The translations under genes were made by a program, and so were the position numbers. 64,000 nucleotides of DNA. Origin: Narcine bancroftii. Lineage: Eukaryota. Below are positions 11,888-25,000 of the stretch, one piece after another. The notes under the pieces are model-generated. The model did not search any database. It saw only the letters and a program-made list of their open reading frames with translations, and was not told the origin of the DNA. Position 1 is the first letter of the stretch. Each line of letters starts with the position of its first letter. The stretch covers positions 268,584,001-268,648,000 of the forward strand of contig NC_091469.1 of the NCBI RefSeq assembly GCF_036971445.1. The letters are read 5' to 3'.

Positions 11888-13664
11888 GGTGTTTACAGAT
11901 TCAGGCAGTCTGGCGGCCATTGGAGTCTTTGGGTCCATTGCAGGGTTGGCTCCTGGTCAAAGGTCAGCGAGGGCGTGGTTGCTGCCTGAGGGTTGGCTGG
12001 GTCCAGCATAGCTGTGGTGGGTGTCAATGTGGGCAGTGTGGTGTCTATCCGTACATCTGTCCGGGGCGAGGTGGCCAGGTGGGTGTGGTCCGCTAGAGGT
12101 GGGGCTCTCGTTGGGCTGGGTAGTCATGATGCTGGAGGCGTGGGGCCCCTGTTGGTGCCAGATTTCTGCTCGAGACAGTGTCCTCGTGGCCACGGGGAAC
12201 CTGATGTAGGTGTAGTTCTGGTTGGTGTGGAGGAGGAGCACCTGCTTTACCAGCGGGTCAGATGTGGGCCCACATGTGTTTGTGGAGGATCCCAGTCCTG
12301 GAGATGAGCCAAGCTGGGAGGGAGACCCCAGTCGCCGATTTCCTGGGGAATGAGAAAAGGCGCTCGTGAGGGGTCTGATTAGTAGCCATTGCACAAGAGC
12401 GACCTAATGGCATGGAATGCCTCAGGGAGGGCCTCTTTCTGGTAGTCAACGGACCAGCCTTTGGATCTCAGGGCCAGGAGGACTGCCTTCCAGATCACCC
12501 ATTTTCATGCTTCACCTGCCCATTGGACCTCAGGTTGTAGCTAGTTGTGCGACTAGGTGCAATGCCTCGCGCTACAAGGTACTGGCACAGGTCCTCACTC
12601 ATGAAACTGGACCCCAATCACTGGATGAATGCCAGGTATCCGAACATGGTGAAGATCTCTCTCAGTGCCCTGGTAACGGTGGCTGTGGAGGTGTCAAGGC
12701 AAGGAATTGTAAAGGGAAAATGGGAGTATTCCTCTACGACCGCAAGGAAGTAGATATTCTTGTTCATAGAAGGCAGGGGGCACTTGAAGTCTATGTTAAG
12801 CTGTTCAAAGGGCGAGTGGCCTTGATGACAAGGGCTTATGTTGGGCAAAAGGAGCGCGTTTGCACTCTGCACAGATCCTGCATGACTCGATCATGGTCCT
12901 GACTTGGACAGTGAAGGGAAGGTTCCGGGACTTGATGAAATGGTACAGGTGCGTGCTGCCTGGGCGACAAAGGGTGTCATGCATCGCCTACAGTTGGATG
13001 GACTGCACAATGGTGCAGGTCCGGGACAGGGTGTCAAGGAAATCGTTGAACTTCCCTGGTCTGTACTGGATGTTGTAGTTGAACGTGGCCAGCTCTCTTG
13101 ATTTTGCCTTTGTGGGTTGTGCTGAACATGAAAGCCACTGCGCATAGGTTGGTGGGTAGGGTGAACTTCTTGCCTGCCAGGTGGTGGCGCCAGTGGCAGA
13201 CCGCTTTCGTGATCACCTGGGCCTCCTTTTCAATGGCGGAGTGCCCGAGCTCTGAACCATGAAGAGTCCTGGAGATGAAGGCCATGGATCACTCCCCCCT
13301 TGGTTGAGAGTGGCCACAAGGGCAACATCAGAGGCATTGCACTCCACCTGGAATGGGATGTCCTCATCTATGGCGTGTATCTTGGCATCAGCGATGTCCT
13401 GTCTGATGTGAGCGAAAGTTGCTTGCGCCTTGGGGCGGGGTGAAAAAAGGTGGTGGCTTGGGCCAGTGGGCAGACCTTGTCTGAAAAATGGGGCAACCAC
13501 TGGGAGAAATAGAAAAGCCCAAGGCACCTGCAGAGGGCCTTGAATGTGTTGTGGAGGGGCAGTTCCATTAGTGGTGCATGCATTCTGGTTCAGGACCAAT
13601 GACACCATGTTCCATGATGTACCCAAGGATGGTGAGGCGGATGGTGCTGAATATGCACTTCTCT

Positions 13665-16600
13665 TTTTTTTAAAATTTTTTATTTTTCACACTATAAACC
13701 ACATTGATCAAGATACATACATTTTTCTTTTCAAATATATACAGTGTTGTTTTCTCCCCCTCCCTCTTCCCATCCCACCCTCCCTACCTCCCCTCCCATT
13801 CATTTAAAGTACAGAATCTAAGATACATTAAACCCTTCAAACAATGTTGTCACTCAATAAAAATAAACAAGAAATTCCACTGAGTCAATTCTTTTCATTT
13901 CATTCTCCTTCTGTCATTTTAGGTGGTAGATGTCCCCGGTAGGTTTTCTCTATTGTGTTTCATGTATGGCTCCCATATCTGTTCAAATATTGTAATATTA
14001 TTTCTTAAATTATATGTAATTTTTTCTAATGGAATACATTTATTCATTTCTATATACCATTGTTGTATTCTCAAGTTATCTTCTAATTTCCAGGCTGACA
14101 TAATACATTTTTTTGCTACAGCTAGGGCTATCCTAACAAATCTTTTTTGTGCACCATCCAAATCAAGTCCAAATTCTTTGTTTTTTATGTTACTTAGGAG
14201 GAAGATCTCTGGGTTTTTTGGTATATTGCTTTCTGTGATTTTATTTAATATCTGGTTTAGATCTTCCCAAATTTTTTTCACTTTCTCACATGTCCAGATT
14301 GCATGAATTGTTGTTCCCATTTCCTTTTTACAGCAAAAACATCTGTCAGATACTGTTGGGTCCCATTTATTTAACTTTTGAGGTGTAATGTATAGCCTGT
14401 GTATCCAGTTATATTGTATCATACGTAACTTCGTGTTTATTGTATTTCTCATAGTTCCAGAGCATAACTTCTCCCATGTTTCCTTCTTTATCTTTATGTT
14501 TAAATCTTGTTCCCATTTTTGTTTAGTTTTACCATTTGTTTCCTCATTTTCCTTTTTTTGCAGTTTAATATACATATTTGTTGTAAATTTTTTGATTATC
14601 ATTGTGTCTGTAATCACATATTCAAAATTACTTCCCTCTGGTAACCTCAGACTGCTTCCCAATTTGTCCTTCAAGTAGGATTTCAGTTGGTAGTATGCCA
14701 ACACTGTATTTTGAGTTATATTATGTTTATCCTTCATTTGTTCAAAGGATAGTAATTTATTTCCTGAAAAGCAATTTTCTATTCTTTTGATCCCTTTTTT
14801 CTCCCATTCTCTAAAGGAAAGGTTATCTATTGTAAAAGGGATTAACTGATTTTGTGTCAGTATTAGTTTTGGTAATTGGTAATTTGTTTTATTCCTTTCT
14901 ACATGAATCTTCTTCCAAATATTGAGCAGATGATGTAATAATGGAGAATTCCTACGTTGTACCAATTTTTCATCCCATTTATATAATATATGTTCAGGTA
15001 TCTTCTCCCCTATTTTATCTAGTTCTAATCTAGTCCAATCTGGCTTTTCCCTTGTTTGATAAAAATCTGATAGGTATCTTAATTGTGCGGCTCTATAATA
15101 ATTTTTAAAGTTTTGCAGTTGTAAGCCTCCTTGTTTATACCATTCTATTAATTTATCTAGTGCTATCCTTGGTTTCCCCCTTTCCATAAAAATTTCCTTA
15201 TTATTTTCTTTAACTCCTTGAAGAATTTCTCCGTCAAGTGTATTGGCAATGCCTGAAATAGGTATTGTATCCTTGGGAAAATGTTCATTTTAATACAGTT
15301 TATCCTTCCTATTAGTGTTAGTGGTAAGTCTTTCCAGTGCTCTAAGTCGTCCTGTAATTTTTTCATTAGTGGATAATAATTGAGTTTATATAGATGGCCG
15401 AGATTTTTATTTATTTGTATACCTAGGTATCGTATTGTTTGCATTTGCCATCTGAATGGTAATTCTTTCTTAAATTTTGAGAAATCCGCATTATTCATTG
15501 GCATTGCTTCACTTTTATTTGCGTTAATCTTGAAACCCGACACTTCTCCATATTCCTTCAATTTCTTATGTAATTCTTTTATTGATATTTCTGGTTCTGT
15601 TAAGTATACTATAACATCATCTGCAAATAAACTGATTTTATATTCCTTGCTTTTATTTTTATCCCTTTTATTTTATTTTCTGTTCTTATCAATTCTGCTA
15701 GTGGTTCTATAGCTAACGCGAACAATAAGCGTGATAGTGGGCATCCCTGCCTTGTTGATCTGCTTAAGTTAAATTGCTTTGATATATATCCATTTACTGT
15801 CACTTTTGCCAATGGCCCCTTATATAATGCTTTAATCCAATTAATATACTTCTCTGGTAAACTGAATTTTTGTAATACTTTGAATAAATAATTCCATTCT
15901 ACTCTGTCAAAGGCCTTCTCTGCATCTAAAGCAACTGCTACTGTTGGAGCTTTATTCCCTTCTACTGCATGAATTAAGTTAATAAATTTACAAATATTGT
16001 CTGTTGTTCGTCTTTTTTTAATAAATCCAGTTTGGTCTAGATTTACTATTTTTGGTACATAGTCGGCTAATCTGTTTGCTAATAGTTTAGCTATTATCTT
16101 ATAATCTGTGTTAAGTAAAGATATATGACGCTATATGACGCTGGTGCGAGTGGATCTTTCCCTGTCTTTGGTATTACTGTAATTATTGCTGATTGCATGA
16201 ATCTGGTAAGCTTTGTGTTTTATCAATCTGGTTGATTACTTCCAGGAGGGGAGGAATTAATAAATCTTTAAATGTTTTATAGAATTCTATTGGGAATCCA
16301 TCCTCTCCTGGTGTTTTATTATTTTGTAGTTTTTTTATTATCTCTTGTATTTCTACTATTTCAAATAGTTCTGTTAATTTATTTTGTTCCTCTGTTTGTA
16401 ATTTTGGTAGTTCAATTTTAGTTAAAAATTCATCTATTTTGTCTTCTTTCCCTTCGTTTTCAGTTTGGTGTAATTGTTCGTAGAATTCTCTGAAGTTTTC
16501 ATTAATCTCCGTTGGATTATATGTGATTTGTTTGTCTTTTTTCCTTGATGCCAATACCATTCTCTTAGTTTGTTCTGTCTTAAGCTGCCATGCTAGAATT

Positions 16601-19541
16601 TTGTGCGTTTTTTCTCCTAGTTCATAATATTTCTGTTTTGTCTTCATTATGTTCTTCTCCACCTTATATGTTTGTAGTATTTCATATTTTATTTTTTTAT
16701 CTGCCAATTCTCTTCTTTTAGTTGTGTCTTCCTTCATTGCTAATTCTTTTTCTATTTTTACTATTTCCCTTTCCAACTGCTGTTTCCTGATTGTAGTCTT
16801 TCTTCATCTTGCTTACATAGCTTATTATTTGCCCTCTGATGAACGCTTTCATTGCGTCCCATAGTATAAACTTATCTTTCACTAATCCGTATTTATTTCA
16901 AAGTACATTTTAATTTGTCTTTCAATGAATTCTCTAAAATCCTGCCTTTTAAGTAGCATGGAGTTTAATCTCCATCTATACATTCTTGGAGGGATGTCCT
17001 CTAACTCTATTGTCAATATCAGGGGTGAGTGGTCCGATAATATTCTAGCTTTATATTCTGTTTTTCTAACTCTGTCTTGCATGCGAGCTGATAACAGGAA
17101 TAGATCTATTCTTGAGTATGTTTTATGTCAACCCAATAATATGAATATTCCTTTTCCTTTGGGTGTTGTTTCCTCCATATATCCAAAAGTTGCATTTCTT
17201 GCATCGATTTAATTATAAATTTGGTTACTTTGTTCTTTCTGTTAATTTTTTACCCAGTTTTTATCCATGTTTGAATCCAAATCAAGGTTGAAATCCCCTC
17301 CTATTAGTATGTTCCCTCGCGTGTCTGCTATCTTCAAAAAAATATCTTGCATAAATTTTTGATCTTCTTCGTTAGGTGAATATACATTAAGTAAATTCCA
17401 AAACTCCGAATATATCTGACATTTTATCATTACATATCTCCCTGCTGGATCTATTATTTCCTCTTCTATTTTAATTGGTACATTTTTACTGATTAGTATA
17501 GCTACTCCTCTAGCTTTTGAATTATATGACGCTGCTGTTACATGTCCTACCCAATCTCTCTTTAATTTCTTGTGCTCCATTTCAGTTAAATGTGTTTCTT
17601 GCACGAATGCTATATCAATTTTTTTCTTTTTTTCAGTAAATTTAGCAGTTTCTTCCTTTTGATTTGGTTATGTATTCCATTAATATTTAAAGTTATATAG
17701 CTCAACGTAGCCATTTCATACTTTGTTTATCTTTCCTTTCCGTTTCCTCATCATCACCTTTCCTTCTTATCCATTTCTGCTTTCTTGTTTTGAACACTTT
17801 ATAAGACAACATTTCTAAAACATCAAACATTTCCCTTATTCTCCTATCTAAGATTTCTTTAACCCCACTATCCCCTCCCCTTCCTGAGTTGCCCTTTATC
17901 CCTTGTCGGGCAACCACATCTCCCCTCTCCATTTGGATTTGCGAATTCACTCGCAAGTGTCAACTGATTTCGCAGTGACCGTAACTCCTCCCCACCCAGC
18001 CCCCCCAGAAAAGATTTCAATTTTCATATATAACAAAGGTCACTCTTAATTCCCTCCTTACTTCCTCTCTTCCCTTTCTTTCCCTTATTAATTCTTATCT
18101 ATACTCTATATATTTTCCTTTAAATACGGATACACTCATGTACACACATATATACACACACACACACACATATATATATCCATATACACACATACATATA
18201 GTTCGTGGTCATTTTTGCTCTCGTTACATGTCTTCATCTCTCTGTCTGTCTTGTAGTTGTTCTGCAAATTTTCGTGCTTCCTCCGGATCCGAGAATAGTC
18301 TGTTTTGCTGCCCTGGAATAACTATTTTAAGTACCGCTGGGTACTTCAACATAAATTTATATCCTTTTTTCCATAGGATCGTTTTTGCTGTATAAAACTC
18401 CTTTCTCTTCTTCAGGAGTTCAAAACATATGTCTGGATAGAAAAAAAATTTTTGACCTTTGTATTCCAGTGGCTTTTTGTCTTCTCTTATTTTCTTCATT
18501 GCTTTCTCCAATATATTTTCTCTCGTATATCTTAGGAATTTTACTAAAATGGATCTTGGTTTTTGTTGTGGCTGTGGTTCAGGGGCTAGTGTTCTATGTG
18601 CCTTTTCTATTTCCATTTCTTCCTGTAATTCTGGTCTTCCTAGGACCCTGGGGATCCAATCTTTTATAAATTCTCTCATATTCTTGCCTTCTTCATCTTC
18701 CTTAAGGCCCACTATCTTTATATTATTTTTTCTATTATAATTTTCCATTATATCTATCTTCTGAGCTAACAGCTCTTGTGTCTCTTTAACTTTTTTATTA
18801 GATTCTTCTAATTTCTCTTTTAAGTCCTCTATTTCCATTTCTACGATTGTTTCTCATTCTTCCACATTGTTCACTCTTTTTCCTATATCTGACATGACCA
18901 TCTCTATTCTATTCATTTTTTCTTCTGCACTTTTAATTCTTTTTATTTCACTAAATTCTTGTAATTGCCATTCTTTTACTGATTCCATATATTCTTTAAA
19001 AAAATATATATCCATTGTCTTGCCTTTCCCTTCTTCCATTTCTCTATGTTCTTCTTCATCTTCCTCTGGGTTGGTCATCTGTTGTTTCCTTGTTTTCTTT
19101 TTATTCTCTTCTTTCTTGTTCTCTTTCTGTTGTTGTGTTGCAGCTGTCATCCTCAGCTGTGAAGATCGACTCCTCAGCTGGTCCCCCCTCCCGTCTGTTT
19201 TTTTTTTCATGCGCGGTTGTGCACTTTTACTTGGCTCCGCGAGCCATTTTTGTAGTCCCGAGCTCGGGACTTCCACTGACCTGAGGGAGCGGGCTTCTCT
19301 CTCCGCGGTGGGCCTCCTCGGACAGGTAAAGCCTTCACCTTCTTCGTCCGACGTTCTTTCTTCTTTTCTTCTTCCCGTTGCTTTCGACTTTTCTTTCTTC
19401 GCTGCCATTTTCTTCCCACCTTTACTTTCACTTTGTTTTAATTTTTATGTTTGTGCCTTTGTGTTTTGTGTATTTTTTTAAAACATTTCCGGAGAGAGCT
19501 GGAGTTCCCTGACCGGCCACTACTCCATCACGTGACTCCTC
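13665..19541 (-). mobile_element. Full-length (~5.9 kb) L1-clade LINE inserted in the Gypsy 1 RT region
   Basis: ORF1 pieces at 18224-19408 (coiled coil, NNIKIVGLKE, FFYPD, YPAVLKI). ORF2 pieces at 13919-17700 (QETHL, IGGDFN, SDHSP, KTPGEDGF, RQGCPLS, RYLGI, RCFCC..HAIWTC). Poly(A) tail and 15-bp TSD AATATGCACTTCTCT (13650-13664 and 19542-19556). Several frameshifts. Confidence 0.96.
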
Positions 19542-21735
19542 AATATGCACTTCTCTGTTGTAAGTGAGGTTCAGCTCCTTGGCCGTCCAGACAAATCTCT
19601 TCAGGTTGTCATGATGGTCCTGCTGGTGATGGCTGCAGATGGTGACATTGTTCAATTACGGAAAGGTCCCTCTTAGGTTGTGCCAGTCTACCATGTGGTC
19701 CATCTCCCACTGGAAAACAGAGATCCCTTTAGTGACACCAAATGGGACCTGGCAGAACTGGGAGAGGCACCTGCCTGCCTCGAAGGCGGTATATGGTTTA
19801 TCCCGGTTGTGGATTGGGAGCTGGTGGTAGGCTGACTTTACGTCATTTGTCAAGAAGACCTTATAGTGGGCTATCTTATTGACCATGTCGGCTATTCGGG
19901 GTAGGGGGTAGGCAGCCAGTTGGGAGTACCAGTTAATGGTCTGGCTATAATCGATTACCATTCTCAGTTTGCTACCCACTTTCACCACGAGGACTTGGGC
20001 TCTCCAAGGACTGGTGCTGGGCTCTATAACATCTTCCGCCAGAAGCCGCCTCACTTCAGCCATGCAATAGTGCCTGCTCTTGGCAGGTATGGGCTTTCAA
20101 TCTGATATAAGGTAGTTGAAGAAGTTGGAAGAAGTTATCCATAGCATGGAGAGGCTACAGGAGGACTGGGGGCAGTCGCTGGGCTGTGTGCTGTAGAGTT
20201 TGAGTGGGAGGAGAGCCCTGCCGAAGGCAAGGGTAAGGCTTTGGAGGTGGCACTGAAAGTCCAGCCCTAAGAGGACTGGAGCATGACCAGGAGTCTGAAT
20301 CCTTTGTATTCCCCCCACTTACCACTGTTAATTCCATTGTACAGCGCCCGAGGGCCATGATGGAGTGGTCCTAGGCAGCAAAAGAGTTGAAAAAGTTCAT
20401 AGGATAGATTTTGAGTATTAGTGTCCGGGCCATATTCGGGTGCACAAAGCTCTCAGTACTACCGCTATTAAACAGCCATTTTGTTACCTTCCCATTGACA
20501 GCGATGTCCATCACTGAGCACCCAAGTCCATGGGGAGTGTCCCTTTTTAAAGTGGTGGACGCTCGGACCATCTTAGGGTCCGAGTCACTGCTCCCCGATG
20601 GATGAGGTGAGTAGCGGCCAGCGGCTTCCTTCCAGGGTGTGGTGTGTGGCGGGTGGGCAATTGAGTACACACCCATGTTGACCATGTCGTCCCATCGATG
20701 TACAGTCGGGGCCTGGCAATGCCCAGTGGGCGCACATGGTGCAGTTGGGTGACCCGAACGGCAGCAAAGCGGGAAGTGACGTTATCTGAATTGGTGGAAG
20801 TGATGCTTTTGGTGCGGGCAGAAGTCATCCGGAGGAAGATGGCGGTGCCCGGGGTGAGCACAATGCGGGTTGGTGGCTGGGCCGGAAGTGATGTCAGCGG
20901 TGAGGGTGGAAGTGGTGGGGTGAGTAATAGCACTGCCCGGTCCTTGCATGTGGTGGCATTCGGGAGGGCTTCCAGCTAGTCGCGGAGGGCTGCAGCGCTC
21001 CTGACAGGCCTGGAAAGGTATACCTGGCGAAGTGGTTTTTCTTCCCGCATTGGGAGCAATGCGAGTTCTTCACTGTGCAGCCTTTGCAGGATTGCCTGTC
21101 TGACCCACACCAGGACCCACAGTACTTATAGGGGCGAGCTGCCCTAGCAGCTGCGATCATCTCCTCCACATAGGGCCCCTCAGCGACGGCGGTCATTTGC
21201 ATCTGTCAGGCCAAGGGTTGTGGGAGTCGGGCATCAAAGACCTCTGCATGATGAGCTGCAGCCTTCAGAGAGCGGACTACCTCCATTGTCCGGATAACTT
21301 CTGTCTGCACTCCTCGAGCGCAGCCCTTGCATGCAGGCATTCCAGATCAGTCGCACCACATCCCCTTTGGTCACCCCAGTCTCAGCCAGGCATGGGTGGA
21401 CTAGCTCACACAGGGCCCCCAGATAGGCATCTGTTGTCTCACCTGGCTTCTGCACCCTGATGCTGAGCAGGTACCGGGCATAGAGCACATTTGTCGGGGG
21501 CTTGTACATGCTCTCCAGGACGGCCATCACAGGTTCATAGTCCGTGCAGTCCTTGATGGCTTGGAAATCTCATGAGCCCAGGTTGGTGCGGAGCACCGTA
21601 AGAATTTTCTGGTTGGTGTTGATCGCCTCAATCATGTGCTTCCAGATCTGGAAGCGTGCCTGGGCATCCGGATGTTGGAGGTCGATCTCCAGGTTCCTGA
21701 TCGTCAGAAACTTCTCCATGGTCTCTCTTTAAAAA

Positions 21736-21750
21736 TTTTACTGGAATAAA
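21736..21750 (-). promoter_or_regulatory. Atypical primer-binding-site position of Gypsy 1, complementary to its own LTR
   Basis: Sense sequence TTTATTCCAGTAAAA starts 1 nt after the 5' LTR. It is the reverse complement of LTR sense TTTTACTGGAATAAA (10664-10678; 14 of 15 nt at 21810-21823). No TGG tRNA-type PBS is present. Confidence 0.75.
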
Positions 21751-21751
21751 T

Positions 21752-22080
21752 TGAGGTGCGCTGAGATAGCAGCCAACAAACACAAAACTCAGAAGACTGT
21801 ACAACAGGCTTTATTCCAGTAAAGGTCTGTGTGACTGGCTCAGGAGGGGCAAGCTCAGGTTTATATTCAGATCAGCTGATTAATAGCTCCTACAGGAGGA
21901 CTGGGGGCAGTCGCTGGGCTGTGTGCTGTGTGATTAATAGCTCCAGGTGGAGTCAGCCCCTTAGGTGGTCTATTCAGATCAGCTGATTGACAGTGGGCAG
22001 GTGGAGTCAGCCCCTTAGGTGGTCTTCCTGCAGGGTACAGATATCATCCCCTGCAGTAGGTTGATGGTCGTATCACCACA
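21752..22080 (-). repeat. 5' LTR of Gypsy element 1, with internal duplication and templated insertion
   Basis: TGAGGTG...CACCACA followed by TSD GTAGG. Homologous to 10614-10857. Confidence 0.9.
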
Positions 22081-22099
22081 GTAGGTTCAATATGGTGCC

Positions 22100-25000
22100 G
22101 TTCAAGCAATGAGGAGGAGAGAACTTTGATGGGAGTTATCCATTGGGATTGAAGTTATCCATTGGCCCCGATACGGGCAGAGAGTTGGAGGCGGCGGCCC
22201 CAGTCCGGGCACAGGGAGAGCTGCGGCGGCCTCGGCCCCGGTCCGGGCAGTATGGACCGACCTAGGAGGGGAGGCAGACCCCTCCAGCCCGGGTAATAAA
22301 CCTGCATAGGAGAAGGCCACTTCGATATAAAACCTACGACCCAAGGACCTCGCTGCCACGTCCCAGCTTGCTCGGCCACGGCACGAACCATGGGTGTAAA
22401 GGGTGGGGCCAGTACTGCGCGCACTGCACTCCACCTAAAAGCTCCTTTGCGCAGGCCCGAGGACAGATCCACGTCCTCCCCCTCCACGTCCTCCCCCTCC
22501 AAGTCCTCCCCCTCAAAAGAGGCTCACAAACTCAAGCTAGCATGCTGGAACATCAGAACCATGCTAGACAAGGCTGATAGCCACCGACCTGAACGTCGGT
22601 CTGCCCTCATCGCACATGAACTCCTCAGACTTGACATCGACATAGCCGCTCTCAGTGAAGTCCGCCTGGCAGATGTAGGCAGCCTCCAAGAACGCGGCGC
22701 GGGCTACACACTCTACTGGTCTGGCAAGCCTTCGGATGAACGACGCCTATCTGGTGTAGGCTTCATGGTCAAGAGCTTCATTGGCTCCAAACTTGAAAAC
22801 CTTCCGACAGGCCACTCGGACCGAATCATGTCCATGCGACTCCCCCTTCAAAACAAGCGTTGCATCACCCTCATCAGTGTCTATGCTCCAACCCTCCAGG
22901 CGGAACCAGCAGAAAAGGACAAGTTCTACACCGACCTGCGCAACCTCATCCCACGCACCCCTATAGCCGAAAAGGTTGTCATCCTTGACGACTTCAACGC
23001 TCGCGTCGGCAAAGACTCAGAAACCTGGCCAGGAATCCTGGGCAAGCATGGCGTAGGGAAGTGCAACGACAATGGGCGCCTCCTGTTGGAGCTCTGCGCA
23101 GAACAGCGGCTTGTCATTACAAACACCCTTTTTCAGCAGAGGGATAGCCTTAAGACCACCTGGATGCATCCCCGATCCAAACACTGGCACCTCCTGGACT
23201 ACATCCTGGTGCGAGAAAGTGACAAACGAGATGTGCTCCACACCAGGGTCATGCCCAGCGCGGAATGCCACACTGACCACTGGCTGGTTCGCTGCAAGCT
23301 CAACCTTCACTTCAAGCCAAAGCCCAGGAACAGTAAAGCCCCCAGAAAGAGGTTCAATGTTGGAAACCTGCCGTCAGACGAAGCGAGAGGAAACTTCCAG
23401 GCAAACCTCAAAGCAAAGCTCGACGATGCAACCCGCCTCACGGACCCGTCCCCTGAAACCCTCTGGGATCAGTTGAAGACTACCATACTGCAATCCACTG
23501 AAGAGCTACTGGGCTTCTCCTCCAGGAAAAACAAGGACTGGTTTGACGAAAACAGCCAGAAAATCCAGGAGAAGCTGGCAAAGAAGCGAGCTGCCCACCA
23601 GGCTCACCTTACAAAGCCGTCCTGTCCAGAGAAGAAACAAGCCTTCCATCGCGCATGCAGCCATCTTCAGCGCAAACTCCGGGAGATCCAAAATGAGTGG
23701 TGGACTAGCCTCGCCAAACGAACCCAGCTCAGCGCGAACATTGGCGACTTCAGGGGTTTCTACGTGGCTCTAAAGGCTGTGTACGGCCCCTCACCCCAAG
23801 TCCAAAGCCCGCTGCGCAGCTCAGACGGCAAAGTCCTCCTCAGCGACAAGATCTCCATCCTCAACCGATGGTCAGAACACTTCCAATCTCTTTTCAGTGC
23901 CAACCGCTCAGTCCAAGATTCCGCCCTGCTCCAGCTCCCTCAACAGCCCCTAAGGCTAGAGCTGGATGAGGTCCTCACCCAGGATGAGACATATAAGGCA
24001 ATCGAACAACTGAAAAGTGGCAAAGCAGCAGGTATGGATGGAATCCCCCCCCCAGAGGTCTGGAAGGCTGGCGGCAAAACTCTGCATGCCAAACTGCATT
24101 AGTTTTTCAAGCTTTGTTGGGACCAAGGAAAACTACCTCAGGACCTTCGTAATGCCACCATCATCACCCTGTACAAAAACAAAGGTGAGAAATCAGATTG
24201 CTCAAACTACAGGGGAATCACGCTGATCTCCATTGCAGGCAAAATCTTCGCTAGGATTCTACTAAATAGAATAATACCTAGTGTCGCCGAGAATATTCTC
24301 CCAGAATCACAGTGCGGCTTTCGCGCAAACAGAGGAACTACAGACAGCTCCAAGAAAAGTGCAGAGAACGAAACAAAGGACTCTACATCACCTTTGTTGA
24401 CCTCACCAAAGCCTTCGACACCGTGAGCAGGAAAGGGCTTTGGCAAATACTAGAGCGCATCGGATGTCCCCCAAAGTTCCTCAATGATTATCCAACTGCA
24501 CGAAAACCAACAAGGTCGGGTCAGATACAGCAATGAGCTCTCTGAACCCTTCTCCATTAACAATGGCGTGAACCAAGGCTGTGTTCTCGCACCAACCCTC
24601 TTTTCAATCTTCTTCAGCATGATGCTGAACCAAGCCATGAAAGACCCCAACAATGAAGACACTGTTTACATCCGGTACCGCACGGATGGTAGTCTCTTCA
24701 ATCTGAGGCGCCTGCAAGCTCACACCAAGACACAAGAGAAACTTGTCCGTGAACTACTCTTTGCAGACGATGCCGCTTTAGTTGCCCATTCAGAGCCAGC
24801 TCTTCAGCGCTTGACGTCCTGCTTTGCGGAAACTGCCAAAGTGTTTAGCCTGGAAGTCAGCCTGAAGAAAACTGAGGTCCTCCATCAGCCAGCTCCCCAC
24901 CATGACTACCAGCCCCCCCACATCTCCATCGGGCTCACAAAACTCAAAACGGTCAACCAGTTTACCTATCTCGGCTGCACCATATCATCAGATGCAAGGA

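Larger units (their letters stand above)
10614..22080 (-). mobile_element. Complete but decayed Ty3/Gypsy LTR retrotransposon with nested insertions
   Basis: Related LTRs at 10614-10857 and 21752-22080, TSD GTAGG on both sides, PPT at 10858-10868. Gag starts at ATG 21719 (MEKFLTIRNLEID..., Zn knuckle CSQCGKKNHF). Protease-like WLFNSGSTESF, RT (SPWRAQVLVVK..RMVIDYSQTIN), RNase H (FQVECNASD, AIEKEAQ) and integrase (PFEQLNIDFK) remnants are present. Confidence 0.95.

Noticed and set aside
20894-21719. Gypsy gag as the counterpart of the Gag-like tail of human B7-H6
   Set aside because: Intergenic, antisense, interrupted by stops, and not spliceable into either gene.
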